This document shows, piece by piece, positions 28,836-35,743 of a stretch of DNA of 64,000 nucleotides. The position numbers and the translations under genes were made by a program. The stretch lies in contig CAUZDS010000008.1 of the NCBI GenBank assembly GCA_963578725.1, positions 6,409-70,408 of the forward strand, written 5' to 3'. How positions within the stretch are numbered: the stretch's first letter is position 1; each line of letters opens with the position of its first letter. Origin of the DNA: Vicinamibacteria bacterium. GTDB taxonomy: Bacteria > Acidobacteriota > Vicinamibacteria > Vicinamibacterales > UBA8438. Below the pieces are notes generated by a model. The model was not told the origin of the DNA, ran no database searches, and saw nothing but the letters and a program-made list of their open reading frames with translations.

Positions 28836-31400
28836 ATGCCACTGCACATTGAAGATGCGACCGTGCTTCGTGCCCCGGCCTGCTCCGTGCGGCAGGTGGC
28901 GGGTGGCGCCGTCACGCTCGACCCGGCGAAACCGCACTGGATCGGCACCGACGAGCGCGGGTTCCGGCTGCTCGGCCGCTTCGACGGTCGGACCGTGTTC
29001 GCACAGGTGGTGCGGGACTATGCCACCGAGTCCGGACTCGACGTCGCCCGTGCCTGGCTCCACGTCGAGACGTTCGCGCATGACGGACTCCGGCACGGTT
29101 TTCTGTCGACGGATGGGGCGGCGCCGGCACCGTATCTCGGCCGGTCGGCGTATCTGGACACGGAACGGTTGCACGAGCTGTGGATCCAGATTAACGACTT
29201 CTGTAACCTCAGCTGCGGCCATTGCTTGGTGTCATCGGGGCCCGATCGTTCACAGGGACTGCCGACCGAACGGATCACCGCCGCGATTGATCAGGCGGTC
29301 GGGCTAGGAGCCGAACGGCTCTTCTTCACTGGTGGCGAGCCGCTGGCCCGGCCGGACCTGCTCGATCTCGCGGAACGTGTCGTGGGGACCCACGGTCGTG
29401 AGCTGGTCATTCTCACCAACGGCACGCTCTTCCAGCGCGAGCGCCTGGAGCGCCTGGCCCAGCTGGCCACGACGGCGGAGGCTCGGACCGTTCCGTCTGC
29501 CGCGGGCCAAGCGGGCGGGCGCGGCGTCGCAGCTGCGCGGAGTCGAGGGGGGCTTCGGCTTCAGATCAGCCTCGACGGCCCGACCGCCGCGGTTAACGAC
29601 CCGATCCGCGGGGAGGGGACGTTCGATCGCATTCTGGGCGGGCTGGACCGCGCCGTTGAGGCCGGGTTGCGGCCGACGCTGACCGCCACGATCTTGCGCC
29701 ATAATCTCCAGTCGCTTGACGAGATCGTCTGCCTGGCGGCGGCGCACGGCGTGCGCAATGTCCATCTACTCTGGCCTCACCGCCGGGGCCGTGTGCTCGA
29801 TGGGGCGCTCGGCGACTTACCGAGTGCCCAGGAGATTCTTGCCGCGGTGCGCCGGGCGCGCGCGGTGGCGACCGAGCTCGGGGTTTGGATCGACAACATC
29901 GAGGAGTTCCGGTTGCGCCTCGACGGTACCCCGGGCGTGAAGAACGACCTGTCCGGCGCCGGTTGGAGCAGCTTGTGTCTCTACACCGACGGGTGCGTGT
30001 ATCCGTCGGCCTCGCTGGCGGGGATACCCGAGCTGCGCTGCGGCGATCTTGGGCAGCAGGATCTGGAGACCATCTGGAAGACGAGCGAGGTCTGTCGCGA
30101 CCTGCGTGAAGCCACCGTCGAACAGAAGCCGATCTGCCGCTCGTGCAACCTCAGGTTTCTGTGCGGCGGCGGCGACGTGGAGCACGCGTACTGGCCGGCG
30201 GCCGCCGCCGGACAGGACCGGCGATCCGCCTTCGTGGCGCATGATCCGTATTGCGAGCTTTACGAAGGGCTGGCGGACGATACGTTTGCGGATCTGCTGC
30301 GGGAGGGGCGGGCGACGGCCCAGCCGCGTTCCGGCTACGACCGGCCGGTGGTCATTCGTGGCATGGGCGAGCAGACGTTGCACGACGAGGACGCGATTGT
30401 TCGCACGACGCACTCGGCCTGCGTTCTCTCCGAGGAGGTGCTCGATCGGTCGCGACTGACGGTGCGCGAGTTCTATGGTGAGGCGGCCGAGCAGCCACAG
30501 GCCGAGCTCTGCTGTCCGGTGCAACCGGACGCCGCGGACCTCGATCATATTCCTAAAGCGGTCGTGGAGCGATTCTACGGATGCGGTAGTCCCGTGACGG
30601 CGGCATCGCTCGTGGCAGGGGAATCGCTGGTGGACCTTGGTTCAGGCGCCGGTATCGACTGCTTCATCGCCGCGAAGCTAGTGGGTGCCGAGGGGCGGGT
30701 CTACGGTGTCGACATGACAGACCAGATGCTGTCGGTCGCCCGCGAATGCCAGTCAGAGGTGGCCGCCGCGCTCGGCTACGATGCGGTGGAGTTCCGCAAG
30801 GGCTACCTGGAGGAGATTCCGGTCGACGACACGAGCGTCGACGTCGTGACCTCGAACTGCGTCATCAATCTGTCACCGGACAAGCCGCGTGTTTTCAGAG
30901 AGATCTGGCGGGTGTTGAAGGACCACGGACGGCTGGTCGTGGCCGACATCGTGTCCGACCGTGAGGTGCCACCACGCATGCGTGCCGACGGACGGCTCTG
31001 GGGCGAGTGCATCTCGGGCGCGTTGACCGAGGAGGCGTTTCTCGCCGGGCTCGAGAAAGCGGGGTTCTACGGGGTCTCGGTCCTCAAGAAGACGTTCTGG
31101 CGCGAGGTTGAGGGCTGCCGGTTCGACTCGGTGACTGTCCAGGGCTACAAGTTCGAGAAGAAAGCGGGCTGCCGATTTGTCGGGCAGTATGCTGTCTATC
31201 TTGGTCCGCAGAAGGCGGTGGTCGACGAAGAGGGCCATCTGTTCCCGCGCGGCCAGGCGGTCGAGGTTTGCACCGACACCGCCGCCAAGCTGTCGCACGC
31301 TCCGTATGCCTGCGCTTTCACTATCGTTGATGGTCCCCACGGCGCCGGTGATGTTACCGCCGGTGACGACGACCCTGACTGCGGCCCCTGCTGCTGCTAG
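28836..31400 (+). CDS. PqqD/RRE-like + radical SAM/SPASM + ArsM-type SAM-dependent arsenite methyltransferase fusion protein
   Basis: 854-aa ORF. A PqqD-like segment covers about aa 30-95. The radical-SAM motif CNLSCGHC lies at nt 29202-29225, followed by FFTGGEPL. The SPASM-like Cys cluster is CLYTDGC...CRSCNLRFLCGGG...HDPYC. ArsM-type motifs are ELCCP, FYGCGSP, LVDLGSGAGIDCF, SNCVINLSPDK and LWGECISGAL. The tail is DPDCGPCCC. Confidence 0.85.
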   Translation: MPLHIEDATVLRAPACSVRQVAGGAVTLDPAKPHWIGTDERGFRLLGRFDGRTVFAQVVRDYATESGLDVARAWLHVETFAHDGLRHGFLSTDGAAPAPYLGRSAYLDTERLHELWIQINDFCNLSCGHCLVSSGPDRSQGLPTERITAAIDQAVGLGAERLFFTGGEPLARPDLLDLAERVVGTHGRELVILTNGTLFQRERLERLAQLATTAEARTVPSAAGQAGGRGVAAARSRGGLRLQISLDGPTAAVNDPIRGEGTFDRILGGLDRAVEAGLRPTLTATILRHNLQSLDEIVCLAAAHGVRNVHLLWPHRRGRVLDGALGDLPSAQEILAAVRRARAVATELGVWIDNIEEFRLRLDGTPGVKNDLSGAGWSSLCLYTDGCVYPSASLAGIPELRCGDLGQQDLETIWKTSEVCRDLREATVEQKPICRSCNLRFLCGGGDVEHAYWPAAAAGQDRRSAFVAHDPYCELYEGLADDTFADLLREGRATAQPRSGYDRPVVIRGMGEQTLHDEDAIVRTTHSACVLSEEVLDRSRLTVREFYGEAAEQPQAELCCPVQPDAADLDHIPKAVVERFYGCGSPVTAASLVAGESLVDLGSGAGIDCFIAAKLVGAEGRVYGVDMTDQMLSVARECQSEVAAALGYDAVEFRKGYLEEIPVDDTSVDVVTSNCVINLSPDKPRVFREIWRVLKDHGRLVVADIVSDREVPPRMRADGRLWGECISGALTEEAFLAGLEKAGFYGVSVLKKTFWREVEGCRFDSVTVQGYKFEKKAGCRFVGQYAVYLGPQKAVVDEEGHLFPRGQAVEVCTDTAAKLSHAPYACAFTIVDGPHGAGDVTAGDDDPDCGPCCC

Positions 31401-31655
31401 CCGGTGCTACGGCGCTTCAGAATCTTAAAACTACCATCGTCGTCCCCATGACGCCGAGTGACGAAGCATCTTGGATAGCTGGGGACCGATATGATGGCCG
31501 ATGTGTTGCCAACGCTACACGAGGTGTTCGCGGCGTGGCAGCATGAACGGCCGGACAGATCGTCAGCACCGTAGTCCGGGGACATAATCAGGCGACGAGA
31601 TCGTGGAGCGGGTCCTCGACCCACAGGTCCGTGAACAGGCGGCGCCCCACCTAAG

Positions 31656-32804
31656 CTAGAAGACCTTGCGTTGTTGCGCAGTGCCGTGCGCGGCCAGCGT
31701 AAACCGCGCTTCAGGCGTCGCACGATCGGAAAGCTGCGCCGTGACGTACTCGCCGACGGCTGGGCCGTGCTTGAAGCCGTGTCCAGACCCGCCGCCCACC
31801 AGCCACACGTTGTCCATCTCCGGGTGTCGGTCGATAATGAAGTCACCGTTCGAGCTGTTCGAGTACTGGCAGACGTGCGCTTCGAGCAGTGGCGCGGCGT
31901 CGAGGGCGGGGACGCGGCGGGTGAGGATCATGCGCGCGACCTCGAGAGCGCCGTCCGAAACGCGCCGCTCGCCGAGATCGGGGTCGAATGGTGGTCCGTG
32001 GTGGTCGAGACCCACCTTGAAGCCGCGCCCTTCCAGGTCCGGGACTCCATAGACGCCACCAGCGAAGTCGACCCACGCCGGCATCGCCGGGGGCGCGAAC
32101 CGCCGGTCGCCGGGCGCGGAGCCGAAGAAGAATACCTCCTGACGTGTTGGATGAATCCGGTCACCGAGCGTGGCGGGAAACAACGTGGGTAGCCACGGGC
32201 CGCAGGCGAAGACAAACGTGCCGGCTGTGATCCGGTCGCCGTCACTCGTGCGCACCGACTCGAGGTGTTCGGTGTCTGCCGGCGGGGTCACTGCTGTGAT
32301 GCGGTAGTCGACGCTCTGCCTGACCGCCTGACGCACGACCGCCTGCACGGCGCGCCGGGCCATGATGACACCCGCTTCGGACTCGAGCACGCCGCGCGTG
32401 ACGGGACCGAAGCTGAGCTGCGGATATCGCCGCTCGAGCTCGGCCCGGTCGAGGATCTCGAACGGCACGCGGAGTCGGCGCAGCGTATCCACGGTCTCAT
32501 CGGTCATCGGGTCGTCCGATCGGGTCATCCACAGGACGCCGGTCTGCGTGAAGAGCTCCAGACGTCCGTCCCGGAAGAGCTCTAGCCACGCGGTCAACGA
32601 GCGTTGCGCCCAGCGCGAGTAGAGCGCGTCGTGGCCGTATCCGATGCGGAAGACGCGGGAGATGCCACCGGAACTGGACCGGGTGTTGCCGGCACCGAAC
32701 GCGTCGACCAGCGTCACCGATCGTCCGCTCCGGCGGAGCTGAAGGGCCGTCCAGGCGCCGAAGACACCGGCGCCGATCACGGCAACATCGGAGACATGAG
32801 ACAT
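31656..32804 (-). CDS. FAD-dependent oxidoreductase (DAO / sarcosine-oxidase-like family)
   Basis: The ATG at 32804 gives MSHVSDVAVIGAGVFGAWTALQLRRSGRSVTLVDA (GxGxxG). The protein runs about 382 aa, with GGSGHGFKHGP near the C-terminus. Confidence 0.85.
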   Translation of the reverse strand: MSHVSDVAVIGAGVFGAWTALQLRRSGRSVTLVDAFGAGNTRSSSGGISRVFRIGYGHDALYSRWAQRSLTAWLELFRDGRLELFTQTGVLWMTRSDDPMTDETVDTLRRLRVPFEILDRAELERRYPQLSFGPVTRGVLESEAGVIMARRAVQAVVRQAVRQSVDYRITAVTPPADTEHLESVRTSDGDRITAGTFVFACGPWLPTLFPATLGDRIHPTRQEVFFFGSAPGDRRFAPPAMPAWVDFAGGVYGVPDLEGRGFKVGLDHHGPPFDPDLGERRVSDGALEVARMILTRRVPALDAAPLLEAHVCQYSNSSNGDFIIDRHPEMDNVWLVGGGSGHGFKHGPAVGEYVTAQLSDRATPEARFTLAAHGTAQQRKVF

Positions 32805-32842
32805 TGATTCGAAACCGGAATGGAACGTGTAGAGTAGCACCA

Positions 32843-33481
32843 ATGTCCGCACGCCGTATCGAGGTCTGTCCGGATGCTGTGCACCTGCCGGCGTACCTCA
32901 CGCTCGATGCGCAACGGGCGCTCGCCGAGCGCTGCCGGTCGATCGGCATGAGTCCGACGGGCTGGTATGTCCCGACGGTGCGTGGAGGCGGTCGGATGCG
33001 CGTGCGGATGGTCTGTTTAGGGCGGCACTGGAATGCCCGGACATACCGCTACGAGGCGGTGCGCAGCGACTACGATGGCCTCCCGGCTCCGGCGCTGCCG
33101 GCCGACCTGGCCGTGCTCGCGTCTCGGCTCGCGGCGGACGCCGGGATGCGTCTGACCCCGGACGTCTGCATTCTCAACCACTACAATCTGGACGGGAAGA
33201 TGGGGCTGCACCAGGACAAGGACGAGGATCCAGACACGCTGGAAAGCGGGGTTCCGATCGTATCGGTGTCCATTGGGGACACGGCGAAGTTCATCCTGGG
33301 CGGCCGTACGCGTCGCGACACCAGGACGACGGTGCTCCTGGCGTCTGGTGATGGGTTCGTCTTCGGTGGGCGGAGTCGTTTGCGTTACCACGGTGTCGCG
33401 GCACTGCTGCCCGGTACCGCCCCCCCGGAACTTGGGCTCGAGGGCCGGTTCAACCTCACGTTTCGGCAGGGCGCGGTCTAG
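32843..33481 (+). CDS. alkB: Fe(II)/2-oxoglutarate-dependent dioxygenase AlkB
   Basis: The ATG at 32843 starts a product containing ILNHYNLDGKMGLHQDKDE...PIVSVSIGDTAKF...RLRYHGV...RFNLTFRQ. The HxD...H facial triad and the RxNxTxR motif are present. Confidence 0.9.
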   Translation: MSARRIEVCPDAVHLPAYLTLDAQRALAERCRSIGMSPTGWYVPTVRGGGRMRVRMVCLGRHWNARTYRYEAVRSDYDGLPAPALPADLAVLASRLAADAGMRLTPDVCILNHYNLDGKMGLHQDKDEDPDTLESGVPIVSVSIGDTAKFILGGRTRRDTRTTVLLASGDGFVFGGRSRLRYHGVAALLPGTAPPELGLEGRFNLTFRQGAV

Positions 33482-33631
33482 CAGCCCGAGGTGAAAGTCC
33501 CGCTGCAGTCGACCGGCCCTGTATACCGGCTGGCGGCGTTGCCGCTCGGTCGAATACCGCCGGTATGCTCCCTCGCCGTGCTTTGCCAGCCAGGAGCGCG
33601 GTTTTGGTTCGCGGGGTCGCCTGAGGCTCGA
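33479..33631 (+). repeat. stop-adjacent structured repeat, copy A (about 150 nt)
   Basis: It starts at the alkB TAG. Thirty-four of its first 40 nt are identical to copy B. The long-range stems are 33483-33491/33620-33628 and 33498-33503/33611-33616. The internal hairpins are 33527-33544 and 33554-33566. Confidence 0.6.
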
Positions 33632-33675
33632 CGCGTGCGCCGTGCGGTTGGGTGTCCGCTACGCAACAGGGGCCG

Positions 33676-34707
33676 CTACCCGCCGCGGGTGTGCATCTCG
33701 AGGTGTGGCTCGTTCTGGAGTTTCTCGACCGGGATCAGCGCCGACCGGTCCGCCGACGACAGCCGTGTCTCCGCGCCGCGGTCGTCTCGCGCCTGCCATG
33801 TCGAACCGATGAGGTCGCGCAGCTCCTCCGCACCGATACCGGCCCGAAGCAGTTCGCGCAGGTCCGTGCCAGTCGGGGCGTAGAGGCAGCGATACCAAAG
33901 CCCGTCGGCGGTGAGTCGGCTGCGGTCGCATCGCCGGCAGAATGGTTCGGTCGTCGAAGAGATGATGCCGAACACGGTGCCGTCCGGAAGCGTGAACCGA
34001 TTGGCCGGGGCGTTGCTATCTTCGACCACCGCTGCGATCGGGCCGAAATGGGCAGACAGTCGTCGCAGCATCTCCTGACGTGAGACGACGTCCCGCATCG
34101 ACCAGCGTGTCGCGCCGCCCACATCCATATACTCGATGAACCGAACCTCGATGCCAAGCCGGCGGCCGAGATCGAGCATTGGTGCCAGCTCATCGTCGTT
34201 CACCGACCGAATCACCACCGTGTCCACCTTGACGCTGTCGAACCCGGCCTCGGTCGCTCGGTCCAGGCCGCGCAGTACCGCGTCGAGGCTATCGAAGCGG
34301 GTCAAAGCCTTGAAGCGGTCGGCGTGCAAGGTGTCGAGGCTTACCGTGATGCGTGGTAGCCCGGCGGATCTGAGCGCCTCTACCTGGGCGGCCAGCAGCA
34401 TGCCGTTGGTGGTCAGCGCCAGGTCTTTGAGCGCCGCCTTCCCCGCCAGCAGCGCGATGAGGTCCGGGAGGTCCTTGCGCAGCAGCGGTTCGCCGCCGGT
34501 GATCCGGATCTTGTCGACCCCAACGGCAGTGAAGATGTCGACAAGGGTGTCGATCTCCTCGAAGGTCAGGATGTCGGCGCGCGGGAGCCAGACATAGTCC
34601 TTCTCTGGCATGCAGTACTGACAGCGCAGGTTGCAGCGGTCGGTTACGGACAGGCGCAGGCTCGTCAGCGCCCGGCCAAGCTGGTCCAGCACCTCCATGG
34701 TATCCAT
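33676..34707 (-). CDS. moaA: GTP 3',8-cyclase MoaA (radical SAM, molybdenum cofactor biosynthesis)
   Basis: 343 aa. LRLSVTDRCNLRCQYCMP...IRITGGEPLLR... plus the C-terminal CRRCDRSRLTADG cluster. Confidence 0.95.
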   Translation of the reverse strand: MDTMEVLDQLGRALTSLRLSVTDRCNLRCQYCMPEKDYVWLPRADILTFEEIDTLVDIFTAVGVDKIRITGGEPLLRKDLPDLIALLAGKAALKDLALTTNGMLLAAQVEALRSAGLPRITVSLDTLHADRFKALTRFDSLDAVLRGLDRATEAGFDSVKVDTVVIRSVNDDELAPMLDLGRRLGIEVRFIEYMDVGGATRWSMRDVVSRQEMLRRLSAHFGPIAAVVEDSNAPANRFTLPDGTVFGIISSTTEPFCRRCDRSRLTADGLWYRCLYAPTGTDLRELLRAGIGAEELRDLIGSTWQARDDRGAETRLSSADRSALIPVEKLQNEPHLEMHTRGG

Positions 34708-34755
34708 TATGCCACCATGCGGGTACCCCGGTATGCCACCATGCGGGTACCCCGG
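34708..34755. repeat. perfect 2 x 24-bp tandem duplication abutting the moaA start codon
   Basis: TATGCCACCATGCGGGTACCCCGG occurs twice in tandem (34708-34731 and 34732-34755), immediately 5' of the moaA ATG on the minus strand. Confidence 0.95.
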
Positions 34756-34948
34756 CTGGAGCCGGTGTCAGCGGGACTCCGGCGCATGAAGACGCCGGCC
34801 TTCGGCCGCCGCTCGCCGGTCGGCTACCCCGGGCATGTCCAGCCTGCCGCCTATTGTGGCTCGTGCGTGGCCCAGAAGATGACGGTCACGGAAGATCGCC
34901 TGGTCGATCAGGCGCGTTGCCCGGTGGGCCACTAAGGTATGTTCGACG

Positions 34949-34954
34949 TATAAT
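34949..34954 (+). promoter_or_regulatory. consensus -10 box TATAAT, 8 nt before the gamma-CA ATG (possible leaderless mRNA)
   Basis: cgTATAATttacactgATG. It sits in an AT-rich island in a GC-rich intergenic region. There is no Shine-Dalgarno and the -35 is weak. Confidence 0.35.
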
Positions 34955-34962
34955 TTACACTG

Positions 34963-35463
34963 ATGCTCCGGTCCCACCGTGCGGGCTTCCCTCGCGTAGC
35001 TGCCACGGCGTTCGTTGACGACAGCGCACAGGTGATCGGCGATGTCGAGATCGGTGAGGACAGTAGTGTCTGGATGAACGTCGTGATTCGCGGCGACGTC
35101 AACCGGATTCGCGTCGGGGCCCGCACCAACATCCAGGACGGCAGCGTTGTCCATGTGATGCGCGGCACGCACCCGACCCTGATCGGCGATGAGGTGACGG
35201 TCGGTCATGCGGCGGTGCTCCATGGGTGTGTCGTCGAGGATCGGTGTGTCGTCGGGATGGGTGCGATTGTACTGAACGGCGCGGTCGTCGGCACCGGCTC
35301 GATCATCGCCGCCGGTACCCTCGTTGTCGAAGGAATGGCCATTCCACCCGGGTCGCTCGTTATGGGGAGTCCAGGGCACGTCCGGCGGGCAACCACGAAC
35401 GCGGAGACGGTCTCAATCCGGCGCTACGCCGAGAACTACGTCGGCTACAAGGGCGAGTACTAG
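34963..35463 (+). CDS. gamma-class carbonic anhydrase-like / left-handed beta-helix (YrdA/PaaY) protein
   Basis: 166 aa. Hexapeptide repeats are present. VIGDVEIGEDSSVWMNVVIRGDVNRIRVGARTNIQDGSVVH...GHAAVLHGC. Confidence 0.9.
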   Translation: MLRSHRAGFPRVAATAFVDDSAQVIGDVEIGEDSSVWMNVVIRGDVNRIRVGARTNIQDGSVVHVMRGTHPTLIGDEVTVGHAAVLHGCVVEDRCVVGMGAIVLNGAVVGTGSIIAAGTLVVEGMAIPPGSLVMGSPGHVRRATTNAETVSIRRYAENYVGYKGEY

Positions 35464-35743
35464 GCGCACTCCAGCTGAACCGGGAGACCAGCTGTCCTAC
35501 GGGGCCCATCGCGCGGCGGCCACACCCTGAACAACTGGTGTTTGTAACGACGGTGACTCACCGAGGACGCCGGCTGGATGGCACCGTAATGACCAACACC
35601 AGGACGTGAACGAAGCGCGTTCGTGTCCACCACAGAGCGTGCGGAGCGAACGTAGAGCTGGCGAGTCGGACGATCGAGCCCGCCCGCGCGACGACGGTAG
35701 GTAGGACGATGGATACCCGGATTGAGCGAAAGGGACGGGGCAG

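Noticed and set aside
31448-31574. Two small ORFs downstream of the rSAM-ArsM gene as possible RiPP precursors: 32 aa at 31448-31546 and 27 aa at 31491-31574.
   Set aside because: GC3 is about 40% and about 70% respectively, which is non-genic to ambiguous. There is no strong SD for the first. The peptides are not Cys-rich or repetitive, and conservation cannot be assessed here.
33491-33520. Cobalamin, SAH or ykkC riboswitch identity for the repeat, suggested by GGTGAAAGTCC, AGGAGC...CGCTGC and TAGG...GAGAG stretches.
   Set aside because: The downstream conserved cores are absent: the B12 box/CCCGCCACTG, AACGGCGCTCAC, and ACGGAGGGA. The copies also sit 3' of genes rather than in 5' leaders.
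34756-34962. Moco riboswitch expected upstream of moaA.
   Set aside because: I could not find the conserved CUCCGAGCC / GAAAGG / GCCUCC blocks in a convincing order. A cmsearch with RF01055 is needed.
35464-35743. Possible T-box leader upstream of hisS. GGATGGCACCG resembles the GGGTGGTACCGCG T-box core, and CAC codons are present.
   Set aside because: Only a partial core match. I could not build the Stem I / specifier / antiterminator architecture. The candidate lies about 170 nt from the start codon and has no terminator or sequestrator context.
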